Positions 7,707 to 16,444 of a stretch of DNA of 25,504 bases are shown piece by piece. The stretch is from the NCBI GenBank assembly GCA_044369345.1, contig JBIPMC010000001.1, positions 1 to 25,504 of the forward strand, written 5' to 3'. The translations under genes were made by a program, and so were the position numbers. Under the pieces are notes generated by a model, which saw nothing but the letters and a program-made list of their open reading frames with translations, had not been told where the DNA came from and ran no database searches. How positions within the stretch are numbered: the first letter of the stretch is position 1; every line of letters starts with the position of its first letter. The stretch is from Terrimicrobiaceae bacterium. GTDB lineage: Bacteria > Verrucomicrobiota > Verrucomicrobiia > Chthoniobacterales > Terrimicrobiaceae.

Positions 7707-8525
7707 TTAGATATTTTGGGCGTGAGAGATGAGGGATCGGTAGTTCTCAAGAATCGCCGTGATGGCAGCGATGTGCGCGGCGGTCTGGAGATCGAAGGGA
7801 GTCTGATGGGGGGTTTCGAAAACGATCTCAAAGGGTTGAGGAGATTGTGTGGGCGGGGCTCCAAGGATGCCTGGGTATCCTTGCTCAATGATGCCTTGGT
7901 TGGCCTGGAAGTTGTCGATGCTACGATCGAAGTTCCGCGGTAGGAACCGCGAGGCAGACTCTAGCGCGGGCTCGAGAACATGGCGTGTGAGTTGGTGGCC
8001 CTTGGCAAAGCCGTAAAGGCCGTGGCTGGTATCGTCGGTGTGTAGGGCAATGATGCCGTCGAAGGCGAGGCGCATGAGCTGGCCCTCCAGAAGAAGGACT
8101 TCGACCTCATTGGAGCCGCGCCAGAATTCGCGGTTCATGTCGGCTCCGCTTTTCAGCCAGCGGGTGTTTTGTAAGAAGCCCCATGGATTGCAGACCGGAT
8201 AAACAAACAACTCGTAGCCAGTAACCGGATCGGGGTTTTCATGAAGATGGCGGAGAAGCTCCACTGCGGCATGGATGCCGCTGACCTCATCGCCGTGGAT
8301 GCCCGCAAAGATGCCAACCCGCAAAAAGGTGGAGCGTTCGCCGGGACCGGTGAAAAGAAATCGCGGAATGCTTGTGGTCGAACCCCGTGAATCGGTGAAC
8401 TCCAAATGCGCGGGAAAGAGTCTCTCGGATTCTGTCGCGAGATCTGTGAGTGGCTCGAAGAGCTCGGCGATGCAGTGTTTCCGTAGCCTGGAATCCATGG
8501 ACGGGGAATTGGTTTTGGGAGTCAT
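7707..8525 (-). CDS. M14-clan Zn metallopeptidase (succinylglutamate desuccinylase / aspartoacylase / MpaA-like)
   Basis: AGIHGDE (HxxE), PVCNPWG...R...[14 protein letters not shown] and C-terminal FETP. ATGA overlap with the cysA stop. Confidence 0.8.
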   Translation of the reverse strand: MTPKTNSPSMDSRLRKHCIAELFEPLTDLATESERLFPAHLEFTDSRGSTTSIPRFLFTGPGERSTFLRVGIFAGIHGDEVSGIHAAVELLRHLHENPDPVTGYELFVYPVCNPWGFLQNTRWLKSGADMNREFWRGSNEVEVLLLEGQLMRLAFDGIIALHTDDTSHGLYGFAKGHQLTRHVLEPALESASRFLPRNFDRSIDNFQANQGIIEQGYPGILGAPPTQSPQPFEIVFETPHQTPFDLQTAAHIAAITAILENYRSLISHAQNI

Positions 8526-9583
8526 GGCGCTAAGAGGTTCGTATCCTCGCTGAAGCCGTTTTTTTCGAAGAGGCGGATGTGGCGGAAGGTGGCGGCGACC
8601 GTGTGCCCTTGTTCGAGGGCAAGTTCGCGGAGGCGTTCGCGGGGGACTTCGGCCTCGAAGTGCTCGTGGGTGCCGATTCGTTCGAGGGCGACCCGGGCGA
8701 AGTTTCCGGCGGAAAAGATGTGGAGCACTTTGGCGGCGATCGCATGTTGGTGCGGGGTGGTCCCGGAGGGCTGGATTTCGACATCGTGCGGTCGGACATA
8801 GAGGACGCCGGCTTCGGGGGGGGGATGGTTGGAGTCACCGGCGCGGAATCGGTTCACATTGCCGAGGAATTCGATGACGAAAGGGGATTTCGGGTTGTCG
8901 TAGACCTCCTGCGGCGAGCCGACTTGCTCGATGCGGGCGTTGTTCATCACAACGACTTCGTCGGCGAGTTCGAGGGCCTCTTCCTGGTCGTGGGTGACGA
9001 AGATAGTGGTGATTTTAATTTCCTCCTGGAAGGTGCGGAGCCAGCGGCGGAGGTCTTTGCGGACCTTGGCGTCGAGCGCGCCGAAGGGTTCGTCGAGCAG
9101 GAGCACGCGGGGTTCCACGGCGAGGGCGCGGGCTAGGGCGACGCGCTGGCGCTGGCCGCCGGAGAGTTCGGAGGGATAGCGGGCGTTCAAGCCATCGAGT
9201 TGGACGAGTTCAAGGAGGTTGTTCACGCGCTTGCGGATTTCGTCGTGCGAGGGGCGCTTCGAGCGCGGAAGGGAGCGGAGGCCGAAGGAGATGTTTTTTT
9301 CCACGGTCATATGCCGGAAGAGCGCGTAGTGCTGGAACACGAATCCGACGCCGCGTTTTCCCGGGGCGAGATCGGTGACATCCTCGCCGTGGAAGAGGAC
9401 GCGGCCGAGGGCGTCGGGGTCCGGATATTCGAGTCCGGCGAGGATGCGCAGGAGCGTTGTTTTTCCCGAACCGGAGGGGCCGAGCAGCGAGACGAGGCGG
9501 CCGTCGGGGACGGTGAGCGAGACATTTTGGAGGGCGCGGTAGTCGCCGAAGGTTTTGGAGATGTGGGTGGCTTGGATACTCAT
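8522..9583 (-). CDS. cysA: Sulfate/thiosulfate ABC transporter ATP-binding protein
   Basis: [64 protein letters not shown]. Confidence 0.95.
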   Translation of the reverse strand: MSIQATHISKTFGDYRALQNVSLTVPDGRLVSLLGPSGSGKTTLLRILAGLEYPDPDALGRVLFHGEDVTDLAPGKRGVGFVFQHYALFRHMTVEKNISFGLRSLPRSKRPSHDEIRKRVNNLLELVQLDGLNARYPSELSGGQRQRVALARALAVEPRVLLLDEPFGALDAKVRKDLRRWLRTFQEEIKITTIFVTHDQEEALELADEVVVMNNARIEQVGSPQEVYDNPKSPFVIEFLGNVNRFRAGDSNHPPPEAGVLYVRPHDVEIQPSGTTPHQHAIAAKVLHIFSAGNFARVALERIGTHEHFEAEVPRERLRELALEQGHTVAATFRHIRLFEKNGFSEDTNLLAP

Positions 9584-9596
9584 GGATTCGAGGTGA

Positions 9597-10472
9597 TCAG
9601 TGGCGGGCGGATTTGGCCGAGCGCCATTCGATGAAGTTCTTAAGAAGGAGGGTGGCGAGCGCGAGGAGGCTCAGAATGGTGGCGAGCGAGAACGCGCTCA
9701 CGGTTTGGTATTCCATGTAGAGCGTTTCGATGTAGAGCGGCATGGTGGTGGTCTTGCCCTTGATGTTGCCCGAGACTACGGCGACGGCTCCGAATTCGCC
9801 CATGGCGCGGGCATTGCAGAGAATGACGCCGTAGAAGAGGCCCCACTTCACATTTGGGAGGGTCACATGAAAAAAGGTGCGCCAACCGCCTGCGCCGAGC
9901 GTGAGAGCGGCCAATTCCTCGTCTCGTCCCTGCGCCTGCATGACGGGGATCAACTCGCGGGCGATGAACGGGAGTGTGATAAAAATCGTGGCCAGCGCGA
10001 TGCCGGGTAGGGCGAAGATGATGCGGAGGTCCCAGGCTTTGAGCGGCTCCGCGAGCCAACCGTGGGTGGTGCTGAAAATGAGAACGAAGATGAGGCCCGC
10101 GATGACGGGCGAGACGGCGAAAGGAAGATCGAGCACGGTGACGAGAAGGCTTTTTCCGCGAAATGTGAATTTCGTGATGGCCCACGCGGCGGCGAGGCCG
10201 AAGAGGAGATTCAATGGCACGCTGATTGCGGTGACGGTGAGCGTGAGCCGAATGGCGTCGATCGCGTAGGGATCGGAGAAGGTGGCGAGGTAGAGGTGGA
10301 CTCCTTTTTTGAACGCTTCGTAAAAAACCGCAATGAGCGGCATCAGCAAAAAGAGCGAGAGGAATCCTAGTGCTATGGTTGTGAGCGTCCAGCGCATAGG
10401 AGCGGACTCCGTGATGGTGCGGAAGGATTTTGGCGGAACAAACGAGCGGGTGCGGGAGACGATGGAAGCCAT
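9597..10472 (-). CDS. cysW: Sulfate ABC transporter permease CysW
   Basis: [53 protein letters not shown]. Confidence 0.93.
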   Translation of the reverse strand: MASIVSRTRSFVPPKSFRTITESAPMRWTLTTIALGFLSLFLLMPLIAVFYEAFKKGVHLYLATFSDPYAIDAIRLTLTVTAISVPLNLLFGLAAAWAITKFTFRGKSLLVTVLDLPFAVSPVIAGLIFVLIFSTTHGWLAEPLKAWDLRIIFALPGIALATIFITLPFIARELIPVMQAQGRDEELAALTLGAGGWRTFFHVTLPNVKWGLFYGVILCNARAMGEFGAVAVVSGNIKGKTTTMPLYIETLYMEYQTVSAFSLATILSLLALATLLLKNFIEWRSAKSARH

Positions 10473-10479
10473 GGAAGGG

Positions 10480-11322
10480 TCAGGAATTTTTTTCGGCCCA
10501 ACGCTGGAGGAGGTTGATAACGAAAAGCAGGGCGAAGCTGGCGGTGAGCATCACGGCGGCCACGGCCGTGGCCTGGGGGTATTGGTAGTTCTCAAGGAAT
10601 TTAACAATGACAAGTGGCGTGATTTCCGTGCGGAGCGGGATGTTGCCGGAAATGAAAATGACCGAGCCGTATTCCCCGATGGCGCGTGCGAAGGCGAGGG
10701 CGAAGCCTGTGAGCATCGCGGGCAGCAGGGCTGGTAGGATGATTTGCGTGAAAGCCTTGGCGCGGCCGGCGCCGAGCGAGGCGGCGGCCTCCTCGACCTC
10801 GGCGTCCAAATCCTCCATCACAGGTTGCAGTGTTCGCACCACGAAGGGCAGGCCAATGAAGGTGAGCGCGATGTAGATGCCGACTTGCGAGTAGGCGGTT
10901 TCGATGCCCAGCGAATAGAAAAATTGGCCGAGCCACCCGGTGCGGGCGTAGAGCGCGGTAAGGGCGATGCCGGCCACGGCGGTCGGCAGGGCAAACGGCA
11001 AATCCACGAGCGCATCGAGAATACGCCGTCCGGGGAAGCGGTAGCGCGTGAGCACCCAAGCGACGAGAAATCCAAAGACCGCGTTGGTCGCGGCGGCCAG
11101 GAACGAGATTCCGAAGGTAACCTTGTAGGACGCCACGACCTGACGGCTGGTGATAGCGCTCCAGAAGGCGTCCCAGCCCATGCCGGAGGAACGGATGAAG
11201 ACGGCGGACAGCGGGATGAGCACGAGCAGCGTGAGATAGCTCACGGTGATGCCCATGGTCAGGCCAAAGCCAGGCAGAATGCGGCGCGCAGGGTAGCGCT
11301 TGGTTTTTTCACGAGTCTCCAT
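10480..11322 (-). CDS. cysT: Sulfate ABC transporter permease CysT (CysU)
   Basis: LPGFGLTMG, DLPFALPTAVAGIAL, FIGLPFVVRTLQPV, FARAIGEYGSVIFI. AGGAG SD upstream. Confidence 0.93.
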   Translation of the reverse strand: METREKTKRYPARRILPGFGLTMGITVSYLTLLVLIPLSAVFIRSSGMGWDAFWSAITSRQVVASYKVTFGISFLAAATNAVFGFLVAWVLTRYRFPGRRILDALVDLPFALPTAVAGIALTALYARTGWLGQFFYSLGIETAYSQVGIYIALTFIGLPFVVRTLQPVMEDLDAEVEEAAASLGAGRAKAFTQIILPALLPAMLTGFALAFARAIGEYGSVIFISGNIPLRTEITPLVIVKFLENYQYPQATAVAAVMLTASFALLFVINLLQRWAEKNS

Positions 11323-11338
11323 CCATTCTCCTGGGTTG

Positions 11339-12349
11339 TTATTTCAGGTAGATCTGGTCGAAGATCGCGCCGTCCTCGAAGAACTTCTTCGTGGCCGGAT
11401 TCCAACCGCCGAAGACCTCGTCGATGGTGAAGAGCTTCAGATTCGGATACTGCGATTGGAACTTCGCGAGGATGGCGGGATTGCTCGGGCGATAGAAATG
11501 TCTCCCGGCGATTTCCTGGCCCTCGTCGGAATAGAGGTATTCCAGATAGGCCAGCGCGACTTCGCGCGTTTTCTTTTTATCCACGTTCTTGTCGACTAAG
11601 GCCACGGTTGGCTCGGCGAGGATGCTGAGCGACGGGGTAACGATTTCGTATTTGTCGCCTTGTTCCTTCAACGCTAGGAGCAGCTCGTTTTCCCAGTTGA
11701 TGAGCACATCGCCGATCTGGCGCTCGGTGAAGGTGGTCGAGGATCCGCGTGCTCCGGTGTCTAGTACCGGGACATTGGCGTAGAGTTTTTTGATAAACTC
11801 CTGGGTCTTCGCCTCGTCGCCACCGAAGTGGTTCAAAGCCCAGCCCCAGGCGGCGAGGAAGTTCCAGCGTGCCACGCCGGAGGTTTTGGGATTTGGCGTG
11901 ATGACCTGCACATCGGGTCGAATGAGATCGTCCCAATCCTTGATGTTCTTCGGATTTCCCTTTCGCACGAGGAAGGCCAGCGTGGATTGGTAGGGCGCAC
12001 TGTTCGACGGCAGGCTGTTCTGCCAGTTTTCGCGCAGGAGCCCGGCCTTGGCGATGGCATTAACATCTGCGGCAAGCGCAAGTGTGACGACATCGGCCTC
12101 GAGTCCGTCGATGACCGCGCGGGCCTGCTTCGACGAGCCGCCGTGTGACTGGATGAACTCGATTTGCTGCCCGGTTTTTTGCTTCCAGTGTTTGGCGAAG
12201 GCGGCGTTGAAGTCAGTGTAGAACTCCCGCGTTGGGTCGTAGGAGACATTCAGGAGCGTTTGTGCGGCGGCGTTGAAAATCGCGAGGCCGAACAGGGCGA
12301 TGACGAGCGCGGCGGCGAGGCGGCGCGGGGTGCGTGGATGGGTTTTCAT
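11339..12349 (-). CDS. sbp: Periplasmic sulfate-binding protein (Sbp/CysP family)
   Basis: Signal peptide ending AAA|Q, then [56 protein letters not shown]. Confidence 0.93.
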   Translation of the reverse strand: MKTHPRTPRRLAAALVIALFGLAIFNAAAQTLLNVSYDPTREFYTDFNAAFAKHWKQKTGQQIEFIQSHGGSSKQARAVIDGLEADVVTLALAADVNAIAKAGLLRENWQNSLPSNSAPYQSTLAFLVRKGNPKNIKDWDDLIRPDVQVITPNPKTSGVARWNFLAAWGWALNHFGGDEAKTQEFIKKLYANVPVLDTGARGSSTTFTERQIGDVLINWENELLLALKEQGDKYEIVTPSLSILAEPTVALVDKNVDKKKTREVALAYLEYLYSDEGQEIAGRHFYRPSNPAILAKFQSQYPNLKLFTIDEVFGGWNPATKKFFEDGAIFDQIYLK

Positions 12350-12384
12350 GATATTGGTTTGGTTGGTTGGAGTTGTCGTAGGGT

Positions 12385-13803
12385 TCAGAAATTCACGCCC
12401 ATGTGCAGGCCGAGGATGGTGTCGTTGGCCACGAGGCCGCGCCCGCCAGGGTTGATGATGTATTGGAGAACGGGTTGCACATACGCGAAGCGGTTGAGCT
12501 GAATCCGGTAGTCGAATTCCATGACGGCTTGGTAGGTTCTGGGGTTGCGGTTTTTTTCGCGGTCCACATTCGCGGCTTCGAAGCTGTAGTTGCCGTAGGC
12601 GAAAGCGACGCCGGTTTGGTCCTTGTCGCGACCGGGGATGAGGCCTTTATAAACCAAACCACCCAGCGCGTAGAATTGCATGAGGTTGTTTTCCGGAGGA
12701 GCAAAGTTCAGCGTGCTGAACCAATAGAGGCCTTGTTCGTCATTCTTGGGTTTGACCGCCGCAACGGGGTTCTTGCCACCTTCGCTCCCCTCGCCGATCG
12801 AATGTGACGCGATGGATTTTTCACGGAACAATTGCTGATCTGCTTGCCAGTAGAACTGGAGATTTCCATCGTAGGGCACGCCCTCGAATCCGGTTTTTTC
12901 GACCCCCCAGTAGATCATGCCGGCGGCGTATTTTCCGGGAAGCTGCTCCGGGCCGATTTTCGGGGTGACGCCGATCTCGTTGAGGCTGTAGAGGCCGTTC
13001 AGCGAAGGATCGAATGCGTAACCTTGGAACGAGAGTCCGTGGTTCATCGGATCGGTGCCGAACGGGTAGGCCAAATACAAACCACTTTGCGCGTAGAGCC
13101 AGTCGGTGGGCTCGATTTTTGCGTAGCCGCCCCAGGTCGAGAAGGAACCGCCCCACGGGAGGTTCGGGTTGATGCCTTTCGCCGTGCGGATCGTTTGGTT
13201 TACGAAGAGCTTCGATTCCGGCTGGACGAGGAACAAATCGGTCGGCACCTGCCAACCGCCGGAGAGCGTGAGGAATTCGGGAATGCCGAAAAGCTCGGGA
13301 GTAGTGTAGGTCGCGTAGGCTTTGCGGAAGCGCCAACCGGCCCCGCCCGTGTAGGCGCTGGGGCGGAAGGTGCTGTCGGTGCCGGAATATTTGTTGATGC
13401 TGTAGGTGCCTTCGCGCCAGCGGACATCGCCGGTGAAGCTGAGGCCGTCGAGGTTATCGATCTTCGTGAGCTTGGCCGCATCGACAGTGAGTTCGAAGCG
13501 AAGCTCCTGGTCGAATCCGCCGCGTTGCTCGAGGCCGCCATCGACAATCGCGAGGAAATTGGAGCGCCAGTCGGCCCGGAAGTTCACGCCGCGATCCTGC
13601 AGGGAGTCGCGAACGGCATACCAATTTCCGGTGGCTTGTCTTCCATCCCACCATTCGGCGAGAGCGGATTTTTCGGCGGGAGGGGGTGGAGGTTCGGCAC
13701 TGCCTGCAAGGGCGGTGCCGATTGGGAGTGACCCGAGGGTGACGACCCCGGCGAGCGAAAGCTTCGCCGCGAGGCGGGATTTATAGTTTATTAATCTAGT
13801 CAT
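12385..13803 (-). CDS. OprB-family (carbohydrate-selective porin-like) outer-membrane beta-barrel
   Basis: Signal peptide (..TALA|G), [22 protein letters not shown] opening, [25 protein letters not shown]...[13 protein letters not shown], and terminal Phe (GVNF). Confidence 0.8.
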   Translation of the reverse strand: MTRLINYKSRLAAKLSLAGVVTLGSLPIGTALAGSAEPPPPPAEKSALAEWWDGRQATGNWYAVRDSLQDRGVNFRADWRSNFLAIVDGGLEQRGGFDQELRFELTVDAAKLTKIDNLDGLSFTGDVRWREGTYSINKYSGTDSTFRPSAYTGGAGWRFRKAYATYTTPELFGIPEFLTLSGGWQVPTDLFLVQPESKLFVNQTIRTAKGINPNLPWGGSFSTWGGYAKIEPTDWLYAQSGLYLAYPFGTDPMNHGLSFQGYAFDPSLNGLYSLNEIGVTPKIGPEQLPGKYAAGMIYWGVEKTGFEGVPYDGNLQFYWQADQQLFREKSIASHSIGEGSEGGKNPVAAVKPKNDEQGLYWFSTLNFAPPENNLMQFYALGGLVYKGLIPGRDKDQTGVAFAYGNYSFEAANVDREKNRNPRTYQAVMEFDYRIQLNRFAYVQPVLQYIINPGGRGLVANDTILGLHMGVNF

Positions 13804-13822
13804 ATTAATGAGTGGTCTGCGA

Positions 13823-13847
13823 CAGCACTCCGCCTCGCGGGGTGCTG
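13823..13847. other. 11-bp GC-rich hairpin in the yezD-like / porin intergenic region
   Basis: CAGCACTCCGC-ctc-GCGGGGTGCTG, with one non-Watson-Crick pair and no U tract on the coding strand. Confidence 0.6.
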
Positions 13848-13864
13848 GTGTTGCGGATGGGTTT

Positions 13865-14029
13865 TCAGCCTCCTGGTTTCAGGTCGGACAAATTTGAGGT
13901 CGCGCTCTCCGAGGGGATGCGGACCTTCTTGGTTTGGCGGATTTCCATGACCCGCCCGTCGTGAGCCACGATCTCCACGGCGCCGAAACGAACCTCGCGA
14001 ACGGCCTGCAGGATTTCCCGCTCGGGCAT
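13865..14029 (-). CDS. YezD / DUF2292 (OscA-like) small protein, 54 aa
   Basis: ILQAVREVRFGAVEIVAHDGRVMEIRQTKKVR matches the DUF2292 pattern (FGSVEIxVHDGxVxQIER.EK.R). Such peptides are known at the head of sulfate-uptake operons. Alternative start at 14068. Confidence 0.8.
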   Translation of the reverse strand: MPEREILQAVREVRFGAVEIVAHDGRVMEIRQTKKVRIPSESATSNLSDLKPGG

Positions 14030-14096
14030 GGTTTGGTTTGGCTTGGAGAATGGAGACGGCGGATTCATTTCTTAATCGAATGAATCAGGAAATAAA

Positions 14097-14121
14097 TAAG
14101 GTGACTGAATTGGTCAACATA
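14097..14121 (-). promoter_or_regulatory. Candidate Rrf2-family operator overlapping a TTGACC -35 element
   Basis: Minus strand TATGTTGACCAATTCAGTCACCTTA has a GAC-N7-GTC core in AT-rich flanks, close to the IscR type-1 consensus ATASYYGACTRWWWYAGTCRRSTAT. It lies between the Rrf2 gene and the yezD-like gene. Confidence 0.5.
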
Positions 14122-14180
14122 ATATTTCGAAAAAATGTTTGTGATTTTTTACAAAGAACCCGAGCGGCGATCCGTGGAAC

Positions 14181-14687
14181 TCAGATTTGGTAATCCGGCG
14201 AGGATTGGTCTTGGGGAGCGGGGGTGGCGAAGGGCAGCACGATTTGGTCGCGACGGAGTTTTTGGAGGGTGACTTCGACGACTTGAGCGAGGCTGTATCG
14301 GTCAAGGATGTCGGCAATGGCGTTTCGCACATCGAGCATGAGGAGGCGCAAGCCGCAGTGGTCCTCGTCCGGGCAGGAACATTTTTTGTAGGCAGTCTGG
14401 CTCACGCAGGCGATCGGAGCGAGCGGACCGTCGATTAAGCGGACAATTTCACCCATGAAAATATTGGTGGCTGGGCGTGCGAGGAAGAACCCGCCGTGCT
14501 TGCCACGCTTGCCATCGACGACACCGGCTTCGCGGAGTTGGGCGAAGATTTGCTCGAGAAACGGAAGCGGTATTTTCTCGCGGGCGGCGACCTCCTTGAG
14601 CGGGAGCAAATCGCGACCAGCCTCGCGGGCGATGGCGAGATCAATGAGGGCGCGCAGGGCGTATTCGCCGCGTTTGGTGAGTTTCAT
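14181..14687 (-). CDS. Rrf2-family transcriptional regulator (IscR/CymR-like) with a 4-Cys motif
   Basis: MKLTKRGEYALRALIDLA, IPLPFLEQIF..L...G.V.GKRGKHGGFFLARP..I.MGEIVRLIDGPLAP, then CVSQTAYKKCSCPDEDHC. Confidence 0.9.
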   Translation of the reverse strand: MKLTKRGEYALRALIDLAIAREAGRDLLPLKEVAAREKIPLPFLEQIFAQLREAGVVDGKRGKHGGFFLARPATNIFMGEIVRLIDGPLAPIACVSQTAYKKCSCPDEDHCGLRLLMLDVRNAIADILDRYSLAQVVEVTLQKLRRDQIVLPFATPAPQDQSSPDYQI

Positions 14688-14818
14688 TCCATTTCGGAAG
14701 CGGCCCGCGGAGGGGATGCTTTCACGCTTTCCTAGGTAAATGCGGCGGCGAGTTCAAGTCGAGCCGGGAAGTTTTGGTTTTCAAAGCGGAACGCTCTGAA
14801 AAGATCCCATTTGAATTC

Positions 14819-15397
14819 ATGAAAACGCTCACAAGGGAGTTTTTCCAGCGTGATCCTCTCTCCTGCGCGCGGGAATTGATCGGAGCCGAGTTGGTTTGGA
14901 ATCAAGCTGGCGGCGTGATCGTCGAGACCGAGGCCTACTCTGTGCGGAATGACGAGGCGTGCCACACTTTCAGTCGTCCCTCCACGCGCGGCTTTGTCGC
15001 CGAAAAGCCGCCCGGCGCAGCGTATGTGTATTTGAATTACGGCATGTATTGGCTGCTGAATTTTCTGGTGAAAGGCGGCGCAGTGGACGGCTTCGTTCTC
15101 ATCCGCGCGCTCGAGCCCACGCGGGGAATCGAGGAAATGCGCCGGCGCCGTGGAATGAACGAACTGAAAAACCTCTGCTCTGGTCCAGGAAAACTCACCC
15201 GTGCCTTGGGCATCGAAGGAACTTTTCACGGGCAGGATTTTTTCGAGGCAGCCGACGGCCCGATCTTGCTCCCACCAACCGCCCCGCCGACAATTTCAGC
15301 CGGCCCGCGCATCGGAATCACTCGCTCCGCCGATCTGCCTTGGCGCTTCGTCGCGGCCGGAAGCCCGTTTCTCAGCATGCCGATGAAAAAGCGTTGA
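14819..15397 (+). CDS. mpg: DNA-3-methyladenine glycosylase (MPG/AAG family)
   Basis: FFQRD...ARELIG, IVETEAY, AYVYLNYGMYWLLN, VLIRALEP, LCSGPGKLTRALGI, GPRIGIT...PWRF. Start at ATG 14819. Confidence 0.92.
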   Translation: MKTLTREFFQRDPLSCARELIGAELVWNQAGGVIVETEAYSVRNDEACHTFSRPSTRGFVAEKPPGAAYVYLNYGMYWLLNFLVKGGAVDGFVLIRALEPTRGIEEMRRRRGMNELKNLCSGPGKLTRALGIEGTFHGQDFFEAADGPILLPPTAPPTISAGPRIGITRSADLPWRFVAAGSPFLSMPMKKR

Positions 15398-15467
15398 GGA
15401 TTTTCGCTGGCAGGCCAATATGAGAGTCCCTACCAAAACCTCGCCGCGATTCGGCCCTGCCCTTTTA

Positions 15468-16394
15468 ATGAAAAAACGAAAACCATACGGATTTGTGATG
15501 CTTGGCCTTTGCTTTTTGGTTATTGCCGGAGCGGCGTTGTGGTCCGGCTCGGCACCGAAGGTGATCGAAAATCTAAAAGGCTTGGATTTCCTGCCGCAAC
15601 CCGTGACCGAAAAAAAAATGCTCGATCAGATGGCTCTGGATCAAGTTGTGGATGCTCTCGAATCCGCCGGCTTGATGAATCCGGAATTTAAACCCGCGAT
15701 GCTCCGTGTGGAAGCCGGAGCCCTCCCAGCCTCCTCTGAACTCGCCGGCACGGCGGTCGCTGCGTTTCAGATCGGAAAATACGAAGTCACCTATGGCGAA
15801 TGGCAAGAGGTTCAAAGTTGGGCGCTCCAGCAGGGCTATGATTTGAACGGCGCGGGTCGCCTTTCGAGCCCGCAAACCCCCGTCGTGGGTGTGAGTTGGT
15901 TTGACTCCTTGAAGTGGTGCAACGCCCGGAGCGAGAGGGACGGATTGACCCCCGTCTATCAATTGGATGGAAAAATCTACAAAACCGGGGAATCCGTTCC
16001 CACCGTGAATCCCGCCGCCAATGGCTATCGGTTGCCGACCGCTGCCGAATGGGAATGGGCCGCACGCGGCGGGGTTTCAAGCCGGGATTTCATCTATAGT
16101 GGAAGCGATGAAGTGAATGAAGTCGCGTGGTATTTCGGCAGTTTTGTCGCTGAAGGCACCAAAGCCGTCGGAACCAAACTGGCAAACGAACTCGGTATCC
16201 ACGACATGAGCGGAAATGTCTTCGAGTGGTGCTGGAATCCCAGCGGCACGCAACCCCTGCAACGAAGCATCCGGGGCGGTTGCTGGGCCTACCACGCCAA
16301 CGAGTGTGCCGTCCACTACCGCGCGAGCTCCATGCCCCCCGATGTGCGAGTCATCCTCGTCGGACTCCGCGTGGCCCGAAACGCCACCCAATAG
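15468..16394 (+). CDS. Membrane-anchored formylglycine-generating-enzyme (SUMF1/FGE-sulfatase, CLec-fold) domain protein
   Basis: N-terminal basic plus hydrophobic anchor (MKKRK...LGLCFLVIAGAALW), then IGKYEVT, PVVGVSWFD..KWCNA, YRLPTAAEWEWAARGG, NELGIHDMSGNVFEWC, RGGCW...GLRVAR. Alternative start at 15420. Confidence 0.85.
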   Translation: MKKRKPYGFVMLGLCFLVIAGAALWSGSAPKVIENLKGLDFLPQPVTEKKMLDQMALDQVVDALESAGLMNPEFKPAMLRVEAGALPASSELAGTAVAAFQIGKYEVTYGEWQEVQSWALQQGYDLNGAGRLSSPQTPVVGVSWFDSLKWCNARSERDGLTPVYQLDGKIYKTGESVPTVNPAANGYRLPTAAEWEWAARGGVSSRDFIYSGSDEVNEVAWYFGSFVAEGTKAVGTKLANELGIHDMSGNVFEWCWNPSGTQPLQRSIRGGCWAYHANECAVHYRASSMPPDVRVILVGLRVARNATQ

Positions 16395-16400
16395 AAAGCT

Positions 16401-16419
16401 TTGGAGAGCAGCCCTCCAA
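16401..16419. terminator. Weak hairpin between convergent genes
   Basis: TTGGAG-agcagcc-CTCCAA, a 6-bp stem 6 nt after the FGE gene stop. Confidence 0.3.
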
Positions 16420-16444
16420 TTACGGGGCTTGGTTAGGATTCGTG

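Noticed and set aside
7559-7888. 109-aa minus-strand ORF downstream of the M14 peptidase
   Set aside because: It overlaps the peptidase 3' end, has no motif, and the opposite strand carries the CheY-like remnant.
12832-13731. 299-aa minus-strand ORF inside the porin gene
   Set aside because: Out-of-frame overlap with a well-supported gene and no domain signature.
13804-13864. SAM-type riboswitch or intrinsic terminator before the porin
   Set aside because: No SAM-I/II consensus core and no U tract after the hairpin; kept only as an unexplained structure.
15468-16394. True formylglycine-generating enzyme linked to sulfatase maturation and the sulfur operon
   Set aside because: It lacks the catalytic CxxxxC context of FGE (RGGSxLC...YC.RYR), no sulfatase is nearby, and it is separated from the sulfate unit by mpg on the opposite strand.
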